From NCBI GenBank assembly GCA_041661275.1, contig JBAZUU010000004.1, forward strand, positions 71,480 to 135,479: a stretch of 64,000 nucleotides of DNA, in the 5' to 3' direction. This document shows positions 16,815 through 27,300 of the stretch, one piece after another; positions within the stretch are counted from its first letter, which is position 1, and every line of letters starts with the position of its first letter. This stretch comes from Parcubacteria group bacterium. GTDB lineage: Bacteria > Patescibacteriota > Minisyncoccia > Moranbacterales > UBA2206. The notes under the pieces are model-generated. The model worked only from the letters and a program-made list of their open reading frames with translations, was not told the DNA's origin and did not search any database. Made by a program: the position numbers and the translations under genes.

Positions 16815-18623
16815 TTATTTTTTTTCGTCAATTTCTTTTCTAATTTTTTCCACAAATTCATCTACTTTCAAAACCTCTTGCTCTTTTTGTCCTCGCGTTC
16901 TCACGGCAACTGTGCCATCCTTTTCTTCCTTTTCTCCCACCACAATCATATACGGAATTTTTTGCTTTTCCGCTTCGCGGATGCGTTTGCCGAGAGATTC
17001 GTCATCTTTGTTTATTTCTGCGCGTATATTATTTTCCTTCAGTTCCGCCAGTATCTTTTCGCCATATTTATTAAACTTTTCGGAAACTGGAATGATCATC
17101 ACTTGCACTGGGGATAGCCAAAGCGGAAACGCGCCGGCGTAGTGTTCAATGAGAACACCAATAAATCTTTCAAAAGATCCAAATAGTGCTCGATGTAGCA
17201 TATAAGGTTTTTCTTTTTCTCCTTTCTCATTAATAAAGCTCATAGCAAATTGTTCGGGCATATTAAAGTCGAATTGCAGTGTTGAACATTGCCATTCCCG
17301 TCCGATTGCATCCTTTACCTTAAAATCTAATTTTGGCCCATAAAATACCGCGCCGCCCACATCTTTAGTTATGTTTAATTTCTTTTCTTTTGCAACTTCT
17401 TCTAAAACTTTTTCTGTGAATTTCCACCCATCTTCTGTTCCGGCATATTTTTCATTTTTAGGATCTCGAACTGAAAGATAAACATTAACATCATCTATCG
17501 CGAATCCAAAAGATTTATAAATGAACAAAATAAAATCTACCACTTTTTCAAGTTCCTGTTTGACCTGGTCAACCCGGCAAATTATATGAGCATCATCTTG
17601 GGTAAAGCCTCGCACCCGAGTTAATCCAGAGAGTTCGCCTTTTTTCTCATAGCGATACACTGTGCCACATTCTGCCCAGCGAAAGGGGAGCTCCCGATAA
17701 GAGTGCAGGTTAGAATTAAAAATTTGAATGTGGAAGGGGCAGTTCATTGGTTTTAGGAGAAACTGTTCTGGCGCTTTAGCTTTTTTCCCTTCCTGGCTAT
17801 CTCTCAAAGTCTGACCAACTTCCATTGGAGGATACATGCTTTCGTTATAGAAACCCCAATGGCCAGAAGTTTCCCAAAGAGTCCGGTTTCCGATATGTGG
17901 AGAGCGAACAAGCTCATAACCATTTTTTAAATGCTCGGCATACCAAAAATCTTCAATAACTCGCCAAAGAATAGCGCCCTTTGGATGCCAAAGGGGAAGG
18001 CCAAGTCCAACTACTTCATCAATATGAAATAAATCCAGTTCTTTTCCTAATTTCCTATGATCTCTTTTTTCCGCTTCTTCCAGCATCTTTAGATACGCGT
18101 CCAGTTCTTTTTTATTCTCAAAAGCGACGCCATAGATCCGCTGGAGCATTTTGTTTTTTTCATCACCTCGCCAATAGGCGCCAGAAATCTTGGTGAGTTT
18201 AAAACTTTCTGGATTAATTTTTCCAGTAGATTCCACATGCGGGCCGGCGCAAAGGTCAACGAGATGGCCAGATTTATAAACGGAAACTTTTTTCTCGCCA
18301 GCTTTTTCCAGATCAGAAATAAGTTCAACTTTATAAACTTGGTCAGCTTCTTCGAATTTTTTTATGGCTTCGGCAATGGAAATTTCCGCCCGTTCAAATG
18401 GATGATCGGCTTTGATGATAGCTTTCATCTTTTCTTCCAAAATTTCCAAATCTTCCGGAATCAAAGTTCTTGGCAGATCAAAGTCATAATAGAATCCGTT
18501 TTCAATGGCCGGACCAATGGCCAGTTTCGCTTCGGGAAACATTTCCAAAACCGCCGCGGCCAAGACGTGGGACGCGCTGTGTCGAAGAGTTTCTAAATTG
18601 TTGGGTGTGGTTTTTCTTGACAT
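16815..18623 (-). CDS. thrS: Threonyl-tRNA synthetase
   Basis: LRHSASHVLAAAV editing/second additional domain, class II motifs (FRWAECGTVYRYE..., GFTQDDAHIIC) and a C-terminal anticodon-binding domain. Confidence 0.9.
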   Translation of the reverse strand: MSRKTTPNNLETLRHSASHVLAAAVLEMFPEAKLAIGPAIENGFYYDFDLPRTLIPEDLEILEEKMKAIIKADHPFERAEISIAEAIKKFEEADQVYKVELISDLEKAGEKKVSVYKSGHLVDLCAGPHVESTGKINPESFKLTKISGAYWRGDEKNKMLQRIYGVAFENKKELDAYLKMLEEAEKRDHRKLGKELDLFHIDEVVGLGLPLWHPKGAILWRVIEDFWYAEHLKNGYELVRSPHIGNRTLWETSGHWGFYNESMYPPMEVGQTLRDSQEGKKAKAPEQFLLKPMNCPFHIQIFNSNLHSYRELPFRWAECGTVYRYEKKGELSGLTRVRGFTQDDAHIICRVDQVKQELEKVVDFILFIYKSFGFAIDDVNVYLSVRDPKNEKYAGTEDGWKFTEKVLEEVAKEKKLNITKDVGGAVFYGPKLDFKVKDAIGREWQCSTLQFDFNMPEQFAMSFINEKGEKEKPYMLHRALFGSFERFIGVLIEHYAGAFPLWLSPVQVMIIPVSEKFNKYGEKILAELKENNIRAEINKDDESLGKRIREAEKQKIPYMIVVGEKEEKDGTVAVRTRGQKEQEVLKVDEFVEKIRKEIDEKK

Positions 18624-18734
18624 ATATGCTTTTTTGTTAAATAATTTTAATTAGTTCCAAATATTAAGTTTTTTAAGTGTTTGCGAATCTATTAATGATC
18701 CTAATCTGTAAAGACTATACGAGGAGGAAGGCTT

Positions 18735-19034
18735 ATGTGCGGAGGAGCTGATATTGGTTACGATCTTGATGAGATCCAAGATAGTCAACTGTTTATTCTG
18801 GTCAAATGTCCTAAGTCTGGATGCAAGGGGTTAATTTCTATGACTCCTCGAGAGGTGCGCGTGGATTTTCCGGACTGTCCTGTTGGGGGCAATGTTCAGC
18901 TCAGATTTGATCAGGGGGAAAACATCTGTCCGGAGTGTGGAGATGCAGGTCTGCAGATAGATACGAAAATAATTAACTTTTCATTCTCCGATCAAGACTA
19001 TCGATCTCGCGCTGAACATTACGAATACCCATAA
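18735..19034 (+). CDS. Small zinc-ribbon-like hypothetical protein (99 aa) in a GC-rich island
   Basis: SD gaggagg upstream. Motifs CPKSGC ... CPVGG ... CPECGDAG. Confidence 0.4.
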   Translation: MCGGADIGYDLDEIQDSQLFILVKCPKSGCKGLISMTPREVRVDFPDCPVGGNVQLRFDQGENICPECGDAGLQIDTKIINFSFSDQDYRSRAEHYEYP

Positions 19035-19042
19035 ACGGCAAA

Positions 19043-19111
19043 ACCCCGTCTCAAAAATTTGTCGAGAATAGCAATTCTCAAAAAACAAATTCTTGGGACG
19101 GGGCTCTTTTT
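19043..19111 (+). terminator. Long GC-rich hairpin terminator
   Basis: aaaccccgtctc...(internal gagaatagcaattctc hairpin)...gggacggggctc followed by tttttattt. Confidence 0.5.
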
Positions 19112-19352
19112 ATTTACGTAAATAATTACGTAATTAATTACTTACCTCGTGGTTCCACCCAAATTGCCCGACATATGTCGAACTACTCTTTAAGTTATAT
19201 CGTTAACTTACACCGGAGGTTCGGCGGATGGTTAGGCCGCGTCAACGCCTCATTTAGTTGTCACTATATAACATACATAAAAACTGGAAAAAAGTCAATT
19301 TTCAAAAACAAAATAGTGTGATAAGATAAAGAAAATTACTAACAAAAAACAT

Positions 19353-20138
19353 ATGGAACAAGAAAACTCGTGCTGTCACAATTTCGACAAAAAATACGTC
19401 CTCATTATCCTCGGAATGGTGCTTTTGTCTGGAATTATCATTGCTTCTATTCTTCGCGACTGGTTTGTTAATGATTATCAAAGCCAGGTTTCTGTCACTG
19501 GCCAAGGGAAGGTGTCTTATCAACCAGATGAGGCTAATATAAATTTGGGGATACAAGTCGATAAAGCGCCGACGGCGGAAATTGCCTTGAAACAACTTAA
19601 TGAAAAAATGACCAAGGTCGTGGCGGCAGTAAAAGCGGCAGGAATTCCGGAAGAGGACATAAAAACCCGAGACTATAATTTAAGTCCCAGTTATGACTAT
19701 AATCAGGGAAGAGATTTTGTTTCCGGATATGATGCCCGACAAAGCTTGGCTGTGAAAGTAAAAAATATTGATAAAAATAAAGAATTAGTCAGTCAAGTGG
19801 TCGCGGCGGCCAATGGGGCGGGAGTGAATAATATAAACAGTATCAATTTTGGAGTTTCTGATCTGAATTCTATCAAGCAGCAGGCGCGAGTGAAAGCTAT
19901 CCAGGATGCCAAGAGCAAGGCTGATGAACTTTTCAAAGCGGCTGGAGTGAAGCCGAAAAAAATTACCGGTTGGTATGAGAATGAAGCAGGGGGAATGGGA
20001 GGAGCGCAACCTGTGGCGGAAGGCAGTATGCTATCAGCCGCTAAAAATGACAGAGGAGGAGCCAGTGTCTCTCCGGAAATTCCATCAGGGAATCAGGAGA
20101 TGATAGTGGAAATCGGAGTTAACTATGAAGTGAAGTAG
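19353..20138 (+). CDS. SIMPL-domain (DUF541, YggE-like) periplasmic/membrane-anchored protein
   Basis: N-terminal TM segment. YQPDEANINLGIQVDKAPTAEIALKQLNEKMTKVVAAVKAAGIPEEDIKT is typical of the SIMPL family. Confidence 0.75.
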   Translation: MEQENSCCHNFDKKYVLIILGMVLLSGIIIASILRDWFVNDYQSQVSVTGQGKVSYQPDEANINLGIQVDKAPTAEIALKQLNEKMTKVVAAVKAAGIPEEDIKTRDYNLSPSYDYNQGRDFVSGYDARQSLAVKVKNIDKNKELVSQVVAAANGAGVNNINSINFGVSDLNSIKQQARVKAIQDAKSKADELFKAAGVKPKKITGWYENEAGGMGGAQPVAEGSMLSAAKNDRGGASVSPEIPSGNQEMIVEIGVNYEVK

Positions 20139-20169
20139 TTTTTTCCAATACTCTAAATAAGGATGACCT

Positions 20170-20460
20170 ATGGAGATGATGCAGGCAAAGAGCAATGGTT
20201 TACAAGGTGTTATTTTTCTGAAAATAACAAATCTACAGGTGATAGTTGAGAATTCCCGGTTCTCTGTGGTCTGGAAAGGTTACGGCATCGATTTAGAGAC
20301 CACTCTGGATACATTGGAGAAAATCAAGACACCCGAAAAATTCGGAATGAGGGTCGATGAGGTTGATCGAAGAGTGGGGTATATTACCGCTCAATTGGAA
20401 ATGATGGGCATAATCACTCCGGAACAGGCGGAGGCAATCATGAGCTATGGATGCTACTAG
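20170..20460 (+). CDS. Hypothetical protein (96 aa)
   Basis: Clean ORF with a moderate SD. No recognised domain. Confidence 0.4.
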   Translation: MEMMQAKSNGLQGVIFLKITNLQVIVENSRFSVVWKGYGIDLETTLDTLEKIKTPEKFGMRVDEVDRRVGYITAQLEMMGIITPEQAEAIMSYGCY

Positions 20461-20707
20461 TTCTTTATTTTAAGGGAGGACACCAATATGAAACAATTCG
20501 GGAGCAGGCAGTTGTCTGCTCCTTTTTATTTTCAAATCCACAAATTTATGGTATAATTTAGGTAATTCATCCCCCACCACTTTTTCGCTTTTTTTTATTT
20601 AACTCTTGTCAATCTTATTTAATAAATTAGTAATTTATTAAAATTTTATCACTTTCTTTTCGCGCTTTCGCGCAAGAGAAAAAGTGGTAGGGGATAAAAA
20701 TAAAACA

Positions 20708-21667
20708 ATGAACACAAAAACAACCTTAACGTTAATAATCATTATTATCCTTGTGGCAGGAGTGGTGATGTTGGGCGCGCGGATTTTGAGTGGTTCAGAA
20801 GACAATTGGATCTGTCAAAACGGCGAATGGGTGAAGCACGGCAACCCGTCCTCTTTCAAACCGGCATTGCCTTGTGAAAAAAATAAAAGTATCGATGAAA
20901 GTGTCAACGTTCAGGAAAAAAATAATTCAGAAAATCCAACTTCCGATGCGGCAGGGAATGATGTGAAAGTGACGCAGCCGATGCCAGGCGATACCATCAA
21001 TAGTCCCATAGAAATTATTGGTGAGGCGAAAGGAAATTGGTTTTTTGAAGGGGAACTGCCGGTAAAATTAGTTGATAAAAACGGAAAAGTAATTGCCGAA
21101 ACGCAAGCTAAAGCGCTTGGCGAATGGATGACGACAGATTTTGTTCCTTTTAGAGCGATTTTAGAATTTTCAGCTCCAACATCCGCTACAGCGGATTTAA
21201 TTTTGGCTGCTAATGATCCTTCGGGTCAGGGAAGCGCGAAAGAGATAAGGATACCGGTAACGCTCGGAAAAGTTACCGGCATGAAAATAAAATTATTTTT
21301 CAGCAGCCTCTATTTTGATCCGGAGTCGCAAAATTGTGAAAAAGTTTATGAAGTGGAAAGAGTTGTTCCAAAAACCAAGGCAGTGGCCAAGGCGGCGCTC
21401 GAGGAACTTTTGGGCGGCATAACAGAGGAAGAAAAAGGCGGCGGATATTTTACCAGTATAAGCCTGGGGGTAAAAGTAAATAGTGTTTCTGTAGTGAATG
21501 GCGTAGCCAAAGCCGATTTCAGTTCGGAGCTGGGAAATGGAGTGGGTGGATCATGCCGAACTTCTATAATAGTCGCGCAGATAACTCAAACGTTGAAACA
21601 ATTCCCGACTGTGAAAAACGTAGTAATTTCGATTGATGGGAAGACGGAGGGAATTTTGCAGCCTTGA
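20708..21667 (+). CDS. Membrane-anchored Gmad2 Ig-like + GerMN-domain protein
   Basis: N-terminal TM segment. Gmad2-like block PMPGDTINSPIEIIGEAKGNWFFEGELPVKLVD. C-terminal GerMN block ALEELLGG...GGGYFTSI...VISIDGKTEGILQP. Confidence 0.7.
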   Translation: MNTKTTLTLIIIIILVAGVVMLGARILSGSEDNWICQNGEWVKHGNPSSFKPALPCEKNKSIDESVNVQEKNNSENPTSDAAGNDVKVTQPMPGDTINSPIEIIGEAKGNWFFEGELPVKLVDKNGKVIAETQAKALGEWMTTDFVPFRAILEFSAPTSATADLILAANDPSGQGSAKEIRIPVTLGKVTGMKIKLFFSSLYFDPESQNCEKVYEVERVVPKTKAVAKAALEELLGGITEEEKGGGYFTSISLGVKVNSVSVVNGVAKADFSSELGNGVGGSCRTSIIVAQITQTLKQFPTVKNVVISIDGKTEGILQP

Positions 21668-21845
21668 TCAGGGTGTAAACTTTTGCGTTCGTCTCTGTCG
21701 ATACGCGCTTCGGCGCGATAATATTTTAGAATACTTAATCCCGACAGTATAGCAAGGTTGATCTATATCGGAAAATGCTAAGCGCCTACGAAAGCGTCTC
21801 TCCATAGCCAAACGCAAAAGTTTAAGAAATATAAATAAAAATAAC

Positions 21846-23672
21846 ATGAAAAATCAAAACAGTGCGCTGCCTTCAAATAGAAGGGGATCGGCAGGATTAA
21901 TAATTGTTCTATTCGCGGCAATAATAGTCCTGGCTATTATTGTTTTTGTAATAATAAGAACACTTTTTCCAGCTTTTGATCTAAAAAATCCCCTGGCGCT
22001 TTTTTCTGGTTCTCAAACAAGTCAAAGCGTTGTGTCCGCTCTAAAAATAAAGACCGATGACAGTGTGGCGGAGATAATAACAGGGGATGGAAAAACGAAT
22101 TTGACTCTCGATCCGATTGCTAAAAAAGACTGGCCAAAAGATGCGGTCGGTGGAATGTTCAAGTTGGAGCCAAGTGGAGATTTTCCAAAGCCAATCACTT
22201 TCAAAATGACTCTAAATAAGGCACCGGAAGGATGTTTTGCTATCGGCTATTGGCATGAGGACACAAAAAAATGGGAATTCTTGCCGACAATTGATCTGGG
22301 AAATAATCAATATGCCACAGTTCTGACGCACGCCAGCACTGTTGGTGGGGGATTGGCCAGCGCCTGTCCTTCGAAGTTTCAGGATGCGGAAAATGTATCT
22401 ATGAGCAATGCTATCCGGGCGGAGCTGATGAAAATTCAAATTGACCAACAAACCGGAGAAGCGGCCAAGATAAATGATGCCAGTTGGAAAAAGGCCTGGG
22501 AGAATGCTGATGAGCTGACTAACAAAGTTATCAGTGATTTTTGCAAAGAGAGAAAAGCGGCCAAGAATTTCTGGGATATAAAAAACACACCAGCCACGAT
22601 GGACTTTTTTAATGGCACACAAATGATGCAGTGTCTCGGTTTTGAAACATTGGCTGAAAAATATTCCAAAGCCGTGGACAACGAGTGCGGAGAAAAGAAA
22701 AAAGATAATGTATATGTCATCAAACAAACTGATAATATAAATGCCAATGTTGATATAAATTTGGCGCAGGGATTCTATAAGCAGCAAATGGATCATAAGA
22801 CTATGGCAGTGACCAACGGAAAAACGACCTCATTTGCCAAGCCAGGCGCTTTCGGCTGGCAGACAAGCTGGCAGGTAGATTCTTTCTACACAGCCACCTT
22901 TACCAATGACTCACGTGTTTTCAAGGAAGAAAGTGTCGGAGCTGACTATTATCTCCTTGATATTCCAATGAAGGGTGTGACGGGAAAATCAAATAGTGTT
23001 AACCGCACCACTTTTTCCTTGGAAGGAGTGAATGAAGGACAGACGTTTTCAGTGAAGGTCGTGCCGATTTCTTATACTTCTAGCGCTTCTGGTCCGTCAC
23101 AGACTGCCAGAGGAAAAATTATCGATGACGGCCAATTAGTGTGGAATTATAACCGCAACTTTTCTCCCGGCTGGAGTGACTCGGGTACTACCGGAAAGCC
23201 GATGGAATTTAAAGCTACTTTACTGAAAAATCTGGGGGAGAAAGGAGCAATAATTAAATTTAGTAGTGACTTGGATGATTTAGGAGGAAAACAAGGAGAG
23301 CAACTGAAACAGATAAATGATATGGTGAAAAGCGCTATGCCAGGCGGACAAAGCTTTCATGGTATGACTTTGCCTCCAGGAGTGAACATTTCAGAATCCG
23401 GTGGCGATAAGCCGTGGAGAATAAAATTGGAATCGGATAGTACGAGCTCAGAAGATGGGACGGGAAATCAGACAGATTCTTCCAAAAACAATAATTCTTC
23501 AGTCAATCCCAATGACAAAGATGGTGATGGCGTTCCGGACCTTGCACCTTTGCCTTCGGCAAATGACAAAAATGGCGACGGTATTCCCGATCTGGTTCCG
23601 TTGCCTTCGCCTAATGATCTTAATGGTGATGGTATTCAAGATCTAGTTCCGCTTCCAGGGTATAAGAAATAA
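21846..23672 (+). CDS. Membrane-anchored surface protein with C-terminal thrombospondin-type-3-like Ca-binding repeats
   Basis: N-terminal TM segment and a large extracellular region. The C-terminus carries three repeats: NPNDKDGDGVPDLAPLPS / ANDKNGDGIPDLVPLPS / PNDLNGDGIQDLVPLPG. Confidence 0.6.
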   Translation: MKNQNSALPSNRRGSAGLIIVLFAAIIVLAIIVFVIIRTLFPAFDLKNPLALFSGSQTSQSVVSALKIKTDDSVAEIITGDGKTNLTLDPIAKKDWPKDAVGGMFKLEPSGDFPKPITFKMTLNKAPEGCFAIGYWHEDTKKWEFLPTIDLGNNQYATVLTHASTVGGGLASACPSKFQDAENVSMSNAIRAELMKIQIDQQTGEAAKINDASWKKAWENADELTNKVISDFCKERKAAKNFWDIKNTPATMDFFNGTQMMQCLGFETLAEKYSKAVDNECGEKKKDNVYVIKQTDNINANVDINLAQGFYKQQMDHKTMAVTNGKTTSFAKPGAFGWQTSWQVDSFYTATFTNDSRVFKEESVGADYYLLDIPMKGVTGKSNSVNRTTFSLEGVNEGQTFSVKVVPISYTSSASGPSQTARGKIIDDGQLVWNYNRNFSPGWSDSGTTGKPMEFKATLLKNLGEKGAIIKFSSDLDDLGGKQGEQLKQINDMVKSAMPGGQSFHGMTLPPGVNISESGGDKPWRIKLESDSTSSEDGTGNQTDSSKNNNSSVNPNDKDGDGVPDLAPLPSANDKNGDGIPDLVPLPSPNDLNGDGIQDLVPLPGYKK

Positions 23673-23769
23673 AATATTTATAGTCCCATAAAGCTGGTCG
23701 TAGCAAGCCGATATGGTCGCTGGCCAGCTTTTTTTATATCCTTTATAATTATATGACTCATGCAGTATT

Positions 23770-24333
23770 ATGATAACGACTCTGGAAAAAATTAAATTGG
23801 AAGACAAAGAGATAAACTATAATTTGCGACGCAGTAAACGTGCTCGGCGGATGCGGCTGACTATCAATTGCGACGGATCTCTGACGGCGACTCTTCCCCG
23901 AAGATATTCCACTGATGTGTTGGAGAATTTTATCATAGAAAAGGCCGGATGGATCTTGAAAAAGATCGAATACTTTGAGGGCTTGGAAAATAAGGTTCTT
24001 TGGAAAAATGATCCGGTTGATTATGGAAGATACAAAAATGAAGCTTTAGCGCTGGCTCTCAAGCGTGTATATTATTTTAATCAGATTTATGGTTTTAGTT
24101 ATTCCAAAATTTCCATTCGTAATCAAAAGACCAGGTGGGGAAGTTGTTCGAAGAATGGCAACCTAAGCTTTAATTATAAAATTGTTTTTTTGCCAGAATA
24201 TCTGGCTGACTATGTAATTGTCCATGAGCTTTGTCATTTAGGAGAGTTTAATCATTCATCGCGATTTTGGCAATTGGTGGAAAAGACCATAAAAGATTGT
24301 AAAGCTTTGAGGAAGGAAGTGAGGAAGCTATAA
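23770..24333 (+). CDS. YgjP/DUF45-family (M48-like) metal-dependent hydrolase
   Basis: WGSCSKNGNLSFNYKIVFLP...YVIVHELCHLGEFNHSSRFW contains the HExxH motif in the typical DUF45 context. Confidence 0.7.
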   Translation: MITTLEKIKLEDKEINYNLRRSKRARRMRLTINCDGSLTATLPRRYSTDVLENFIIEKAGWILKKIEYFEGLENKVLWKNDPVDYGRYKNEALALALKRVYYFNQIYGFSYSKISIRNQKTRWGSCSKNGNLSFNYKIVFLPEYLADYVIVHELCHLGEFNHSSRFWQLVEKTIKDCKALRKEVRKL

Positions 24334-27300
24334 AATTGTCACTTTTCCTTCCGGTAGAACGGCTTTGATTTTTTCCTGGATATCATCCAGTTTTTTGATG
24401 CAATAGGGAGTTTCCAGTTTGGAATTATTTATTTCCAAAATTACTTTCATCGCCCCACGATCGCAGGAGTCGAAGAATTGAGAAAGTTTCTTGATCGATT
24501 CTTGGCCGCATTCCGCAGGAAGAGTAATAAATAATTTAGGATTATGGATAGTTTGTCCCTCATCCGCCTGCCGTAAATTTTCAGAAAAATTTTGGCAGGC
24601 CCCTTCTCCCGAAGGGAGAAGGGGTTTTGAAGGAGTATTTCTTTTTTGGGTGGCCATAATTCTTTTCATATTTTCCACTTCTTTTTGGTCGACTATTTTG
24701 GCGTTGTCTACCAGGATCTTGAAATTCCCATCCTTGTCGGAAACGCGGCCACTGGCGATGATGATCTTTTCTTCTTCGAAAACTGAACCAAGACGTTCCA
24801 GGACTTTTGGAAAAACAAGAAGTTCAATGCTGGAATCGACACTCTCAATGGTAACGAAACACATCATTTGCTGGCTTTTGGTATATATTTTTTTTATTTT
24901 GGAAATAATTCCGCCGACACTGACATTTTGGCCGACACTAGACTGATTGATATTTCTGATGTTTGTTGCTACCTTGTTAAAATAGTCCTGATAATCTTTG
25001 ACTGGGTGGTCGCTGATGTAGAGTCCCAAAAGTTCTTTTTCCCAGGTCAATTTTTGTTTGGCGGTTGCTTCTGGAGCGCTGGCCAACGTAATTTGCGGCA
25101 GATTTATTTCCTCTTCTCCAAAAAGGCTGGCTTGCGAACTATTTTTGATACGCTCAAGATTTTTGGAATGAGCCAGGATCATTTCTATCGAAGTTATAAT
25201 TTGATTTCTTTCGCCCAGATCATCAAGCGCGCCGACTTTGGCCAGAGCTTCAATGGATTTTTTATTCAGATCTTTGTGATGGACGCGCTCGATAAGGTCA
25301 GTGATACTTTTAAACTTCCCGTTTCTTTTTCTCTCTTCAACAACTTCATGCGCAATTGTATGCCCGACGTTTTTGACAGCATTGAGTCCAAAGCGGATCC
25401 TTTCTTTTTTATCAGTCGGGTCAATAATAACAGCGAATTCTTCAAAACTTTCATTGATGTTCGGTGGTAGGACTTCAATGCCCATTTCCCGGACCTCGGC
25501 AATTTCAATGGCTACGCGATCGATGTCGTCCTGGTCGGAAGTGAGAAGAGCGGCCATAAATTCCGCCGGATAATGAGCTTTGAGATAGGCGGTTTGATAT
25601 CCGATGAGTGCATAACAGGCAGCGTGCGAACGATTAAAACCGTATCCGGCGAACGGTTCGATAAAAGAAAAAACCTCTTCAGCGATGACACTGGAAATTC
25701 CCTGACGTAAACATCCATCGATAAATTTAGCCCGCTCTTCCTGAATGAGAGCGAAAACTTTTTTGCCCATCGCTTTTCGGAGAACATCCGCTTCACCAAG
25801 GGAAAATCCAGCCATCGATTGCGCTATCTGCATCACTTGTTCCTGATAGACAGCTACGCCGTAGGTTTTTCCCAAGATTGGCTCAAGCAATGGATGAAGA
25901 TATCTTATCTGACGCTCGCCATGTTTTCTGGCGATAAAGTCGGGGATCCAATCCATCGGTCCCGGGCGGTAGAGAGCCACCATAGCAATAATGTCTTCAA
26001 AAACGTTTGGTTTTAATAATTTTAAGTATCTTTTCATACCGGAACTTTCCAACTGAAACACGCCGGTTGTTCGGGCATCTTGCAAAAGCTTGAAGGCTTT
26101 AGGATCATCAGCCGGAATATCATCAATATTGATTTCCACGCCTTTGGTTTTTTTCAAAATTCGCAAAGTATTTTGAATGATGGTCAGGTTTTTCAGTCCC
26201 AAAAAATCCATTTTCAGAAGCCCAATCTTTTCTATAAAACTATATTTTGTGGAAGAGGAATATTGCGTGACAGCTCCTGATTCTTTTCCGATAATTTTTT
26301 GTAAGGGGGTATATTCCACCACTGGCTCGCGGGTGATCACCACGCCACACGCATGCATTGACGCATGGCGAGCCACTCCTTCCAGACGCTTGGCTGAATC
26401 GATCAATTTTTTAGCGTCTTCTCCGGAACCATAAAGGTCAGAAAATTCCTTGACGTTTTTGAGGGCATCTTCAATTCCAGAAAACATCGGAATGAGCTTG
26501 GCCGTTTTGTCGCAAAAATCATAAGGGAGGCCAAGCGCCCGGCCAGCGTCACGGATAGCGGCTCGCGCAGCCATTGTTCCAAAAGTGATGATCTGCGCCA
26601 CGTGATCGTTGCCATATTTTTCCCTGACATAATCCAACACTTCATCCCGGCGATCGTCAGCGAAGTCCATATCAACATCCGGCATAGATATTCTTTCCGG
26701 GTTCAAAAATCTTTCAAAAAGAAGGTCATATTTGACCGGGTCGATGTTGGTGATTCCGATGAGATATGAAACGAAACTTCCTGCGGCTGATCCGCGTCCC
26801 GGTCCCACAACTATTCCCTGATCTTTCGCCCAATTGACGAAATCCTGAACGATCAAAAAGTATGACGCAAATCCGGTTTTTTGGATGATGTCCAGTTCAT
26901 ATTCCATTCTTTTTAAATATTCTTCGCCGGGATTTTCGCCAAATTTTTTATGCAAACCTTCTTCTGTCAGTTTTCTGAGATATGATTCGGCATTGTATCC
27001 ATCCGGCACATCGAAGTGGGGGAGCTGGGTTTCTCCGAGTTTGATTTCCAAATTACATGCCTCGACAATTTTTTGGGTGTTTTCTAATGCTTCCGGAACG
27101 TCCTTAAAATGTTCATACATTTCTTCCGGACTCTTGAGCCAAAGTTCAAAAGCCATCAAATTCATCCGGTTGTCTTCCTGCACTTTGCGGTTAGTTTGGA
27201 TGCAAAGCAAAATATCCTGGATAGAATTATCACCGCTATTCACATAATGGATATCATTAGTAGCGACCAAAGGGATATCCAGTTTTTTGGAAATTTTTTT

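Noticed and set aside
22212-22796. 194-aa and 103-aa minus-strand ORFs
   Set aside because: Embedded antisense within the well-supported 608-aa surface-protein gene. Ile/Phe-rich, typical of AT-rich antisense frames.
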